DNA of 64,000 bases from NCBI GenBank assembly GCA_016748015.1, contig JAAOMT010000134.1:998757-1062756 (forward strand). The letters run 5' to 3'. Source of the DNA: Geosiphon pyriformis uo1. Its lineage: Eukaryota; Fungi; Glomeromycota. The first letter of the stretch is position 1. Each line of letters begins with the position of its first letter. The translations under genes and the position numbers were made by a program. Below, piece after piece: positions 37,701-51,418 of the stretch. The notes beneath the pieces are model-generated. The model did not search any database. It saw only the letters and a list, made by a program, of their open reading frames with translations, and was not told the DNA's origin.

Positions 37701-40660
37701 GATAATACAAAGTCTTACTGAAAAAATCTTTTGGCAAATTAGCTTTTGACTTAAGCTTTTTCTTAATCATAACATCACACTTTTAACATACACTCTTAGA
37801 CACAAAACCAAATTGCATTTAATAATTAATAATAGACTGCAAAATTACTAAAACTAAATAGAAAAATTGCTTATCTAATAGAGCTTTTTTGAAGATTATG
37901 TTTGAGAAAAACCTGATATCTAAATATGTTTTAATAAAATTTGGCTTAAATATATTTTCTGTTGACAAAAAAATTTCTAGATATTTGTAAAATTTTCTAT
38001 GCTTGGTAATAGAAATAAATTGGCTATCAATGTATAATAAAGCAGATACAACTCTCTAATTAATAGAAATTACAATTATCTTTTCATTATTGATATAAAT
38101 GTTATTAATCTTAAAAAACTAATTAGCTAAATCCAAAATATATTGTGTTGAAGTCTAATTATTCTTTATTTAAATTGTATTATTCATAAAAGCACCAGCT
38201 GCAAAAAAAAAGTTTTCTCTCTACTGACTTTTATTCTGTTTGTCTTAACCACAAAATTAATATTAATTCAATATTTACACAAATGTTTTTAATGTTTTAT
38301 TTTACATAATAGGGAATCATAAAAAATTTTCCAAAAAAATGATAAGAAGATTTTACTCTGATCTAATTTATTGTGTATTTTATAACTACTTAAAAGACCA
38401 AAATCTGTCATAACTTTGTTGATCCTGTTTTTATATATGTTTCCAAAAAAGTTAATAAACCTGTTACATATTCTAATCTGCTTTAAACTAACTTCTAAAT
38501 GATATTACTTAATTGAGTTATAAGCTTTATATATGTTCTATAAAACCAGTCAGAGCTCTCATCCCTTTTTCAAAGCATTTTTTACAATAGAACCAACAGC
38601 AAATATTGGGAATTAAGTTGAAATACTTTTTAAGATTAATAAATTGTTATCATAAAAAACATTGAACTTGTTACAGACAGATAAGATACAATCTGATAGA
38701 ATTTTAAACAAAATTTTTTTGACAGTTTTAATTAACACAATAAATTATGTATTAATTAAAACTCTATTCCAATCATATGGCTTGGAAATCATTAAAATTC
38801 ACATATTTTTTTTGAGAATAAGAACATCTTTAAGCATTAAACAAGCATTTAACAAGACCAAGAAACAGTTTACTATCACATTGTTGTAATGTTTCCAAAG
38901 TTTATTAGTTATGTCAAATAAATCAACAGTTTTGTTATTAGGCAAACTACTAATTACTAAGATCAAATTTACTTTGTTGATAACATTTATTATATCAAAA
39001 AAAACGTTTTTATTTATGTATGTCAAAGATACATATTAACAAGCCCATAAATCAGACAGAACTAAAAAAATTTCATGATTTTTTGTCTAATATTTTATAA
39101 TTTTATTAATCTTTTGTTTTATTTTATTTGGCTTCAGAACCAACTCCTTTTTAATTACCAGATAATTTAGAACCACATTTTGAAATAGCTGCTTTAAAAC
39201 ATTTCTGATTATGCTGTTTTTATTAAAACTGAAATTTTCTATTCTTTTATCAATTGTACTTTTAATATTAACTGCTTTTTTAGTATTAAATTTTTGATAC
39301 TTAGATTTCTGATATCTTTTTTTAAATCTTAACAAATACAAAAAGACTTTTTTATTCTTAGTTCTACATTTAATTAGAGAAAACAAACCACTTAAACTAT
39401 TAGTATCTAATTTTGACCAATTTGTTTAAGGTAATCAAACTTAGTAACATTCTTGGAAGTGAAGATTTTAGCCATTCTTAAAACCAGAATTTCCAGTTTA
39501 TAGTACTTAAAAAACTGATTGTTCTTAAAATTATTGAAATCCTTAAATCAATTCTTAGAAAATATTTTGTTTGCTAATCCAATAATAACCAATTTTATAA
39601 AATCTCATATTGTATCCAAATTATTCTTTTTTTTGTACTCTAAAATTCATAATATAATTAAAACATTTTAACTAATAAATATTTCTTAAACTAAGTCTAT
39701 TTTAATGGATTAGCATTCTTAAAACCAAACTTCTATCAATTTTTATTGACATGTTTTTAAATAATATTTAAATTTGCATTCAAAAGATTGCCTAAACCAA
39801 ATGAAATCACAACAGCCAAATGATTAGTATCAAAAAAATCAGAAACATTACTAATCTCTTATTTGACTACTGTTATCAAAAAATGTTTACTAACCAAAAT
39901 ATAATTAATAGTTTTTTTAATGTTTTTTGAATTATCTTATATTAAAAGCTTACTTACTTTAATATCTAATATAGAATTATATAAACTCAAATCAAAACAT
40001 TTTTTTAAGTTCACATATTGCTTTGTTCTATCTTCATTAAAGTTATTTTCTAAAACCACATAAGAACTTATGTTGATTGTTCTGGTAATACATGAATTTA
40101 CCTTATTAGCTTGATTAAATTGTATTTTAGCAGAAGTATTTACATAAAGATTCAAAATAGTTACTAAAACTTTCTTGTTAAATAATAATCAAAATAAAAA
40201 AAAATGATTAAAGATTTTAGAGATTTTATACATGTGTTGACAAGAAATTTATTCATTACTATTGCCATTTCTAAACCCAAATAACTAGTGTTCAAACCAG
40301 ATACAAACATTCTCAAATTTACAAATCTGTTCTTAATTTAAGATTTGATTTGTTTTTTTAATTTCATTTCAGTTACAATAAAAATCAAATTGCCAAATTT
40401 TCTATACCACCTAATAATGTTTTTTTGTTTTGTCAAATTGTTTATGTCTTTAATATTACACATAGCAATTTTTTAAACAAAATTAGTTATTAAAATAAAA
40501 AAGTTTTAAAACCAAACCAAATTTGTTTATCTTGACCAAAAGACCTAAAACTATATCTAAAAAACACTTCAAACTGTTTTCTAACATATAAATTACTAAA
40601 AAGTCTAAAGATGTTACTTATACTACAATTTTACTACTAGTAGTCAAACTTGAAGTCTTA
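34745..40660 (-). mobile_element. Degenerate non-LTR retrotransposon (LINE): ORF1 tail, APE endonuclease, RT, RNase H, C-terminal zinc-finger region
   Basis: Minus-strand remnants: KIAMCNIKDINN..TEMKL (APE, ~40470), RT region 37700-39100, AVYF...LALEYV...YTNSQAAI (RNase H, 35831-36058), LPTIIKKRLYD...CLF...DHVFIC (35036-35485). Many stops. Confidence 0.8.
36697..37687 (+). mobile_element. Solo LTR (divergent relative of the element-A LTR) inserted in the LINE
   Basis: TGTTAC...GTAACA ends; TSD CTAT (36693-36696)/CCAT (37688-37691); removing it restores the LINE reading YGLK; shares motifs with LTR A in reverse orientation. Confidence 0.8.
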
Positions 40661-41500
40661 TTTGTATATTTATATTATAAAAATAATTTATAAACTATTA
40701 TAATTAAAAAATAATTATATAATAAATTATATTTAGTATTTTATAAAAAAATTATAAAAAAAAATTTTTTTAATCATGTATTTATATATAAAATAGATGT
40801 AAAAATATATAAAAATATGCTAAATACTTATATTATTCTTTAAAAATTTATAACTAATATTTATATTTTATTATTATTAGTATTATAAATATTAAATTTT
40901 AATATAATTAATAATAAATTATATATAATTTTTTGTAAAAATATAGTTTTTAAAAAATAATATTATAAAGCATATTTGGTTTTAATAATATTAAAATTAT
41001 TATTTCTAAACTAATTAAGTTTATGTATAGTTTAATTATTAAATATTAAAATAAAGTTTAATTAGATAAAATTAAATATTTAATATAAATAAGAAAAAAT
41101 TTAATTAGTAATAATAATTTTGTATTGTTTTTTGTTTATAATATATTAATAATTTTGTTAAATAACATAATATAAATATTTAAAATTGTTAAAATATTTA
41201 AGATATTTTTTATATTATATAAATTTTATTGTTTTATTTGTTTTTTGGTTTAGATATAATATTATAATTGAAATAAATATATAATATAGTTTTATTTAAC
41301 TTAAATACATATAAAAAATATAAATTATATTTAATTTAAAATACTTATTATTATATTGTCTTAAATAATAATTAAATTTTACTTATTAATATAAAAAATA
41401 TTTTACAAAAAACAATAATAACAAAAATAAAAAATAAAATTTAATAAATTTAATTTAATAATAATATTAAAGGGAAACTTTTTTTTTGTTAATTACTTAG
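40660..41500. repeat. AT-rich desert between the two divergently oriented LINEs
   Basis: Nearly pure A/T. Confidence 0.6.
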
Positions 41501-42761
41501 TTATAATAAGAGCATAGAACTGCCAAAAAAATGGCTTTTTTTATTCTTTTTTTTTCTTTTTACTTTTAGTTATTTTTCAATATGCCTATTTTTGTTGATA
41601 TAAAACCAGTAGGCTTTTCTGTTGGTAACTTTAATTCTGATTTGGCTGGATTGAAAATCCAGTTTGGCACTAAAAAGAAAGTATGCATTGAGAGTGTTTA
41701 CTTTTGTGGTCTCTTGTACAAAAAGCCAAAAAAATCTGATGTTTCTGGTAATATGGTGGAATTGTCAGCTGGTCTTTTATTTGTTAATATGTTACAAACT
41801 GATAAAAATGGATACAAAAAATCTTGGAGTAATAAGGTAGACAATAAGAAAGTCAGTGTTAATAAAGTATTAAATGTTAAAAACATAAGAAACACAATTG
41901 CAAAGAAAATAAATTATGTGAATTTTAATACTTCTAAAACAGATGACATAATAGATAATACAATTTTAAGAAAAATATGAACAAAGACATATGTTTTAAG
42001 ACAACTGCTAAGTGTGTTTTCCTTTAAAGTTTAAGTAACAATAATAATGCTGAATTGGTGCTTCCAGCATTTAAGTTTATTAATTCCAAAAATTACTATT
42101 AACTGAGTTGTAAAACAAGAATATTAGGAATTTTGGTTTGATAAAGTTTTTTGCACTAAATATTAAACTTTCTGCAGTGTTTGGCAAAATCTCTAAAGAT
42201 AAGTTTTTGTTTATTAAAAAAAAATTTTATTATGTTAATGGTTTGGAAAGGCATTAACTTCCTCTAAATTTTCAGATATTATTAAATCTATCTTTACTTT
42301 TGAATTAAGCTTAAATAAAGCTAAGAAATTAACTGTCAGTAAGAAAATTTTAGTAAATAATAAAGTTAAAAGAACAAACAATTGTACAGATTGAAAAGTA
42401 ATTGTTAAGAAGATCCTAATAAATTTTTCCAAATTGGTAGTGAAATTAGTTTTCTTCAAATTTGATAAGATAGTTGTAATTAAAATACAGTTAATTGGTT
42501 TTTAACAAAAAGTCTTAGTAGAGTTTAAGTTATTAGATATTGTTGGTTTGATTGCTTTCAAATAATCAATTCTTATGGAAAAAAATTCAGTACATGTGGT
42601 TTTGGTTGTTGATGATAAATAATTATAAATATCTAAAGATCTTTATTAGACTTTGTTATATACTTTGTCAATTGGTATTACTGTTCATAATTTTTCTGGT
42701 TTGTTAGAATTGTATAATAGAAAAACTTGTTTCATTGATTGTAATCTAAGTTTATATGTAT

Positions 42762-43687
42762 TGTTACAGGTAATTATTTGGAGTCTTGAAACAAATAACA
42801 AACCTGTAACTTGGTGCTCAATAGCTGATATAATGATGTTGGTATCTGAAAGTTTTGGTTGTTTGAAAATTTAGGTTGAGTCTTTTATATAATAAACAGA
42901 AATTCCTGTGTTATTTTATCTGTAGCTTCTTGGAATCACAATTCTGTCAATTTCTTTCTCAGCTTAATGGCCAGTAATCTTCTGGTAAACAATCCATAAT
43001 TTTTATGTATTCTACCCACTTACAGGAGTCTTTTACCAAGCAACTCTTGACATTAATAACTTAGTACTTAATCTTTTAATCAATTAGTCAACAACAAAAA
43101 ATAACAAAATAAAATAAAATAAAATAAAATAAAATAAAATAAAATAAAATAAAATAAAATAAAATAAAAAAATAAGCCAAGGCAATAAATATTAGTATCC
43201 TGTCAATAACCATGATCAAGAGCTATTGTTTTAGTGTAGTTAAGTATCAATTACTATCAACATTTAGAGTTGATAGTGAGCAATTGGATTTAAGATGCTG
43301 AATAAATATATTTATTGATATTTTGGAATGATATATTTCTAACTAGAAATAATAACTAATGAATTTTTGTCTGGAGATTCTTTTTTTTTTGCTTCTACTG
43401 TTACTGCTATATATACATATTTTCTAGTTTTACAGGATTGTTTTGGATTGTCTGTTCATACTAGCTATTACTTTGTTTTCTTATATTATAACTAATTATC
43501 CTATATTATAACATGTTATCAAATATTATTACATATTATTCTGTATTATTCTGTATTATAACATATTATTTTATGTTATAATATATTATCCAATGTTATT
43601 GTATATTATTCTGTCTCTCTTCATGTTTCATCATGTTTTTTAGGTCATGTTTTTTTTTTCTGATAGGCTTTCTTTTTTCAAGTAATA
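42762..43687 (-). repeat. 3' LTR of Gypsy A
   Basis: Colinear with 61572-62475; contains an (AAAAT)n tract and ~11-bp tandem repeats. Confidence 0.9.
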
Positions 43688-43701
43688 TTATTTATTTTTT
43701 T

Positions 43702-44491
43702 TTAATATTGAGCTTCTGTGAAATTGGTTATATTTGTTAATAGAACTTTGTCTGTGTAATGTTTGATGGTAATGTTGACTATGGTTTTTTGTAGATCTTT
43801 GAACTGTTGATTGGTCATTTGTCTTATGTTGTTAACTGTTATCTTTTTCAAAGATCCATCCAATAGTACATTTGGACAATATTGGAAAGCAATATATAAT
43901 TAACATGCTGCTTTATAGTGTAATATTAGGTTGCTTCTTCCTACAAATTCTTTCACTTGTTACATTGCTTTTTTGTTGAAAGTTTTCCGATTGTAATTTC
44001 CATATGGGTTTTTTAAGTTTAGTTGTTCCCTAATTTTGTAAAACTAATATGTTGAAGAGAGTCTTTTTTTTTTACTTCTGGGTTTTATCTGGTGTTCACT
44101 TTCCTGTTTCAGAAAGTTCAGTCCTACAAGTTAAAGATTTTTTAATTTTTTCTAGCTTGAGAGCCAAATATATTGTATATAATTGTTTTTGTCTTTTATC
44201 CAATTTTCTCACTTCTTTTTCTTCCTTCCCTCTTTTTTCTCTATGTCTCATCCATAAAGTATATTTAATTCTTTTTTGTGAAATTTTTTTCCCAGGCAGA
44301 GTGTAGAGATAGAAATAGTTAGTTCTAATTGAACTCTTGCCTATTTCTCTCTTCCCCTTATCTTTATATCTTATCTTTTTTTTATTAATTATAATCTCTA
44401 TTTGAGATGTAGATTTTTGAATTTCATTAAATAATTGTTTAGATAATTTTAAAATTTGGTCTGAAAAGTCCATGTTTGAAATTTCTATCAT
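43702..44491 (-). pseudogene. Extra ORF between integrase and 3' LTR of Gypsy A (disrupted)
   Basis: MIEISNMDFSDQ... through ...ITVNNIRQMTNQQFKDL...NFTEAQY*, ending at the decayed PPT. Confidence 0.6.
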
Positions 44492-44941
44492 TCTCTTCTA
44501 TGTGGTCTCGAGACTTATATGTATGTAATATCTAAATTTCGGCATGTGTGTAGCTATGTTTTGATGATTATAATTGGTTTCATATTTTGTGATATATATT
44601 CTGATCTGATTAATGAAATTTGTGCTTCTAGTTGTGGTACCAATGATGTTAATCTTTGTGTTGTTTGATAAATTTTTAAATGATTTCTATGTGCTGTCTT
44701 TTTCAGAATTCTGTTTTTTAATCATAACTTGTAAGATCTGTTTTCCAAAATTTTGTGTATGTAAAATAGTTCATCACATTTTGGATCAAACTTTCTATTC
44801 TACTGTTTTTCCACTTTGGTACAATGTAACAGTACCTTGTCTCCAATCCTGAATTCAACTGGTTTATTTGGTAATTGGTTATTATGTCTTTCTTTTTGTT
44901 TTTTTTGTGACTTTTGAATGTTATTAGCTGCTTTTCACCAT

Positions 44942-45950
44942 TGTTACCAGTAAAATTTTAGCTATTAATTAGTATGAAATTACTCTTATAATTCCTATAA
45001 TTAATTAGTATATCAATATTATTTTAAATTATCATTTATCATTTAATCAATTATCACATATCACAATTCAATTAAATAATCTAATTAGTATAACAGAAAG
45101 TAGGATAATCAAATTACACAATACCCTGAACTTTGTAACATTCTAAAATTTGCCAAAATTTACAGAAATTCGCCAAAATTTATAAGAAATTCACCAAAAT
45201 TTATAGAAATTCACCAAAATTATGAATAGTTCATCCAAATTAATCAATAGTTCAGCAAAATAATTTGTAGTTCATCAAAATGTATCTTTAGTTTGCCGAA
45301 ATTTGAGCAAAGAGAAAAAGTGCAAGTTCATAGACTAGTACTACAACAAGTTGTATAAAAAAAGAGCTTTTCTTTTCAAAGAAATGTATCTTACTTTAGA
45401 ATTATCACTTAAAACCATTCCTACACACACAAAAAAAAATAAATATCAAATAATTCGAAAACCAAATTCTTTAATTATTGCACTTGGAAAATCCTCAAAA
45501 CCCAACTAACATTTTAAAATTGATTAGCTACCAATTTCAGTAAACTGTTAGTGACTCCAGGCCTGGATAGAAAACGTTTCCCTTGATAAAATTCCATTTC
45601 TTTTATATTTCTTTTATTTTTCTTTTCTTTTCTTATTATAATCATTAGAGTAGCCTACAGACAAGATTCCTGTAGAAAAGTTGACTTTTACAGTAAAGTA
45701 ACTACACATTTTAGTGAGTTTCCAGAAGAGCAATTCCTGGAAAAGAGTTGATGTTTACTACAATGTGACTACACAAAGTAACTGGCATGGAATTAGCCAT
45801 TCCACTCATAAGCCTAGCAGTTCAAATTATAGGAGATAATTTGAAGATAAATTCAGTTATTGGAAATTCAACTGCTTCTAGAAAACGTGAATTTACAACA
45901 AACAGACATTGACAACATTTAAGAAAAAAGACCAAAAACCTCTGGTAACA
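44942..45950 (+). mobile_element. Solo LTR (unrelated family) inserted in the integrase tail of Gypsy A
   Basis: TGTTACCAG...CTGGTAACA ends; TSD CCAT/CTGT; ~20-bp tandem repeats at 45143-45300; TATA-like box ~45354; removal restores the host reading frame. Confidence 0.8.
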
Positions 45951-48035
45951 CTGTTTGTTTTTCAGCATTTCTATTAAATTATATGTTTTTCTTAGCAATG
46001 TTTCTTAGAAATTGTCTTTTGTTATTGGTTCTATTGAATATGTATTAACCTCTATCTTAACTGGTAATGTTGCTGTTCTACTATATACTAATTCAAATGG
46101 TATTGCTTGTGTAGTATCTTGTTTTATTGTCTAATAAGCAAATAATACTGATGGTATAAATAAATTTCATTTGTTCTGGTTTTTTTGGCTGATCTTGGCT
46201 ATCACTTCGCACAATGTTTTATTGAATCTTTCAACTAATCTATTGGTTTATGGATGATATGATAATGATAATAGTCTCTTTATTCTGGATCTTTAACTCA
46301 GTTCTGTTAATGTTCTATTCACAAAGTGAGTTTTTTGGTTGAATAATAATTCTTTTGGACATTTATGTCAACAAATTAGATCTTAATGGATGAATTTGGC
46401 AATGGATTCTGCATCCACTCTTTGAATTGCTTTTGCTTCTGGTCATTTAGTGAGATAATCCATGGCTACTGCAATATATCTGTTCCTTTTACTAGTTATT
46501 GTTAATAATCCAATTAAGTCAATTCCAATATGATTGAATGATTGTCCTACTTTAATTGGTTTTAATGGCTTGCTGAGTCTTGTTTTTCTTCTTTTCTAAC
46601 AAAGATTACAATTTTGAACAAATTGGATGATGTTTAGATACATGAATGGCCAATAGTATTTATTTCTGGTTCTTTTTATGGTTGCTTTTTTATGGAAATG
46701 TCCTGCTGTTAGATTTGAGTACATATTAAATAGTATTGTTTTCTTCTCTGGTTCTGTGATTACTTTGGTTGGTTGTTCAAGATTCTTTCAGTTCTTTCAA
46801 TAGAATAAATTGTGATAGGTGATAAAATATTTTGATTGTTGTTTTATGTTGTTTTGTTTCTTTTGAGATAATTTCTCCTTGAACTGTTTAGTATTTATAT
46901 AATGTTAAAGCTGTTGGTATTTTTGTGTGTTCATTTTTTTATTATATTTTTGGGTTTAAAATGTTTTTAGATTTGTTTTATTCACAACAAGCCATCAGCA
47001 TTTCCATTTTCTTTTCCCTTTTTATAATATACAATATAAGTATATAGTAAAAGTGTTATTTTTTATCTTGCATGATGATTGTCTCCAAATTCTTGCTTTT
47101 AAATTAATATTAATCTTTTGTGATCAGTATACACCTCGAATTTTTAACTTAAGTATTCTTTCTATTTGATGACTGCCCAATAGATAGCTAAGTATTTTAA
47201 TGCTGGTGTTCCATGATTTTTTTTAGCTAAACTCAAATTGCAGCTAGTGTATACTACTGAGTGTTTTCTTTCATCCAGTTTTCTCCGAGATAGTACAGCT
47301 CCCAGTGCTTGGCCTAATACATTAGTAGTAATAATGAATGGTTTGCTGTGATCTGGATAGATCAATACTGGTGCTTGAATAAGCTTTTTCCACAGTATAT
47401 TGAAAGCTTCTTGCTGGGTTTCAGTCCACTTGTACTTAACATTCTTGGTTTGAAGCTAATGAAGTGGTTGAGCCAGTTTGGAAAAATCTCTAATAAAGCA
47501 GTAGTAATAACCTGCAAATCCCAAGAATACTTATAGTTTGGTCAAGTTAGTTGGTATTGGAAATTTCTTTACTATCTTGATCTTATCTAAATCTGTTTTA
47601 ATATCATCTTTGTTCACGACATGTCTCAAAAATTTTAATTCTGTTTTGCCAAAAAAGCACTTGTTTGCATTCAATTTTAATTCTGTCTGTCTGAGTCTTT
47701 CAAATACTTGCTGGAGGTGATAAAGATGATCATCAAATGTTTTTGAAAACACATTGATGTTATTCAAATATACGACTACTGATTTCTATAATAGTCCAGT
47801 ATACATAATTTCTATTAGCCATTGGAATGTGACTGGAGTATTTATTAAGCCAAATGGTATTACTTCAAATTCAAAATTTTCCTCTTTTGTTGTGAATGCA
47901 GTCTTTTTTTTGTCAGCTAGATTTATGGCTATTTGTCAATAACCACTATTTAAATTCAATATTGAAAACTATTTTTTTCCACTGAAAGCATTAAATAATT
48001 TTTGGATCTGTGAGGTCAGATAACTGTCTCTATGA

Positions 48036-48914
48036 TGTTACAGATAATTATTTGGAGTCTCAAATCAAATAACAAAACTATAACTTGGTGCTCAGAGCTT
48101 TCGTGATGATGGTAATCTGAAGGGGTTGTTTGTCTGAAGGTTTTGGTTGAGTCCTTTGTATAATAGACAGAGATTCAAGTATTGTCTTCTCAGTAGCCTT
48201 CCAGAATTGTAATTCTGTCAAATTTTTTTTTAGTGTAGTGGCCAGTAATCTGGCAAAAATGTCTTTCTGGTAAGCTATTCTGAAATTCTCAATGCTATAC
48301 CCTTTCTTTAAAGTCTATTACCAGGCTTATCTTTGATGTCAATAACTCAGTGCTTTTATTTTTTTTTAATCAATGTAGTTAATAACAAAATAACAAAGCA
48401 AAAATAAAAAAAATAAAAAAAAAATAAAAAAAAATAAAGAAAATAAGCCAAGACAATAGAAGTTAATATCTTGTCAATAGCCATGATCAAGAGCTATTGT
48501 TCCAGTGTGATTAAATATTAATTATTATCAACATGAAGTATTAATAATGGAAAGTAGATGAAAATAGCAAATAATTATTTATTAATTTATTTGTGAATAG
48601 AAAGATTGCTTAGATCAAATTTAAACTGAAAGGTTTGTCTTTTCTACTTTTAATGCTACCACTATATATACATAATTGAGATTCCTCAATTCCTCAATTC
48701 TTCATACCAAGAATCCTGGAATTTCTGGAATCTTGCAATTCCTTTGAGAAGAATCCTGGAATTCTGGAATCCTGTGATTTCTTGTATAAAAATTCTGAAA
48801 TTTCTGGAATCCTGCAATTTCTTTGAGAGAAATCCTAGAATTCTATATTTACTACAGTTACTTCTGATTGGCTAATTTATATGCTAATATACTTTTTATA
48901 TTTTATAAGTAACA
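48036..48914 (-). mobile_element. Solo LTR related to LTR A, inserted in the RT of Gypsy A
   Basis: TGTTAC...GTAACA; exact TSD ATGA (48032-48035 / 48915-48918); first ~500 bp homologous to LTR A. Confidence 0.9.
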
Positions 48915-49669
48915 ATGAGTAACTCTATTGAGTTTTTTATAATCTCCACAAAAGCAGATTTTCCCATTCTTTTTATAGACTAGTACCATTGGTAATAATC
49001 ATGAACTTATAAATAGTTGAATTAACTCATTGTCTAACATCCGATTGATTTCTTGTTAGATGATTTTATGGCTGGCTGGTAGTATCCTGTATGCTCTTTG
49101 TTTAATTGGCATAACATCTCTAGTCTTGATCTGATGCTGAATAATGTCAGTTCTACTAAACTTATTTTCACTCGCAAAGATATCAGTGAATTTGTTAAGT
49201 AGCATCTTGATATGTTGTAGTAGGTCTAAGTTTCCCAAGTTTATTTGTTCTAATTGTTTTGATTGGAGCAAATAGTATTTATTTCGTCTGTATATAGCTT
49301 GTAATGTAATGTCCACATATCCATATAGTTGTAAAAAGTCTGAAATATGATTTGGTGATTGGTCCTCAACTTCAGTGGTTAAATATTCAATAATGGTTTC
49401 TTCTGATATTTTAATAATGTTTCCAGTTGTATTATAGATGGGAATTTTGATATGATAGTAGTTCTTGGCTAGTATATAGAGATTAGTAAATCCAATCTCT
49501 CCTAATTTACAAATAGTTGGCTCTGCTTCAAAAATCTGGGCTTGATTCTTCACTTTCCTTTCTATTATTACCATGTATTGGTTATATAGTAGAATAAAAA
49601 TTGCTTAACAGGTGAAGATAATTTCTCTCTTGTTAATAACTTTTTTTTCTGCTATATTAACTAATATGT

Positions 49670-50070
49670 TTATTCTACTCATGAATCTAAATCCACTAAT
49701 CTCTTTAGCTATAATCCCTAATTTTTCTCAGTTTCCCACTAATACTAACTGAGCTATTTTAATCAGAGGCAGGAATATTGCCTGTGCTATTTTTTCATTT
49801 GGTTTTATGATGTAGGTCTTTTCTGAGTCATTTTATAGCATTGCAATAATATTTTCTACATATTCTGTATTAATTATTCTTTTTTGTATATTGATTCTCT
49901 TTTTTGCTAGACTATTTCTAAATACTAGTTGAATTATGGTAATTGTTAGAATTTTCAATACTATTTTGAGATCAAGCAAATGTGTGAATGTAGTTCTAAT
50001 TTGATGGCTTTTTTTTCTGAGTATCTCAGATCAAATTCTACATTAGTATCATGTACATATTCTGGCATAA
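49670..50070 (-). pseudogene. dUTPase domain within the pol of Gypsy A (degenerate)
   Basis: DTNVEFDLRY (motif 1, AGFDL), RNSLAKK (motif 2, RSS), IINTEYVENI (motif 3, IDxxYxG), KIAQAIF (motif 4), AKEISGFRF (motif 5, RGxxGFGS). Confidence 0.8.
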
Positions 50071-51401
50071 TATTTTTATTATTATCATTGAACTATTTCA
50101 GTTTCTGCTTCTTGGTAAGATTAGGAAGCACAATGTATTGTTTGGAATTTAAATCAGAGTTTGAATTGTTGTTATTTTGGTTGCTATTTTGGATGAAGCT
50201 GGAACTATTATTATTGTTGTTGTCAATGTCAGAGTTTGAATCAAGATTGAATGTTAATTTTGATTCTAATGCACAGCAGCTAATTGGTTTTTCCTCCTCT
50301 GGGATTGTGTAGATTATGTGTAGTAGTGGATTGTAAATAAGATTGCACTCATTACAATATTGAAAGTCACAAAAAATTAAGCAGTATTGACAGAGTCAAG
50401 TGTTTAGCTGTTTTAGATACTGCTTCTGTTTTTTTCGGGTGGGTGCTAGGTTCTGGTAATGTTTGTGAAAATGTTCTGAATTGTCTTTAATGTTGTCAAA
50501 AACATCAAAAGTAAAAATATATTCGGGTTCTGAAAGAGAAAGTGGATTGTTTTTAATTTTTAACAGTTTACTGAGTGTAGCACTTTTAACTTTGGCACTC
50601 ATTATTCTCTAAATCTTATGCTTGTCATATGGGCAACCTTCTAAATGTCTGAATGCTTGTTTCCAAGCATTGTCAATTGGAGTTTCTTTTCTTATCCAGT
50701 TGTTTATAAGAATTATGTATTGGCATTGTTATGGTTGAAACTTATACTTCTTATTAATTATCACATGTATTAGCCACTGATGTCACATAAATTAGCCATT
50801 TTATTTTTAAAAAGTGATTATTAACCTGATCAATAACCTGACCATTGACTTGATTATTGACCACTTTTGACAGCTATATAAGTGATGAATCTCTTAGCTG
50901 TAGAAAAGCATGTAGAAAATCAAGGAAATCAAATAAATAAAAATAACAACTTTTATCTCAATCATTCTCTTATTGCTAATTTCTCTTTTCCTATCTTCAA
51001 GTATCTAAACATTTTGGGATAAAAAATTACTTGTTGGTTATTCTTTACCCTTTTCCTGACTTGTATAATTGTAACATTTGAAGATTATTAAATAAAACAT
51101 GACTAAAGAGTACATCTGATACCTAATATTGAATTCTAAGAATACCAATGTGAGGCATAGAATTATATCAGTGTGTGATTATTTGTTGACAGTATGGATT
51201 ATCTCTCTACCTTCAGATTTCTGGTTATCCTTTAAAAAGTATAGCAACTGAAATATTTTATGAGACTGATCTTGCATATTGAATTTATACTTATTCAATT
51301 CACTTATTGAAGTTGAAAGCCCTTTGATTATTTCTATCACTCTACAATTCTGTTCTCTCTTGCTATCCATTAGCTTGTTACTCCAACCTGTAACATAAAA
51401 G

Positions 51402-51418
51402 TGGTGCTTTCTGTGAGG
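51402..51418 (+). promoter_or_regulatory. Primer-binding site of Gypsy B
   Basis: TGG-initiated 17-mer 6 nt after the LTR; resembles the complement of an elongator tRNA-Met/Ile-type 3' end (identity not verified). Confidence 0.75.
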
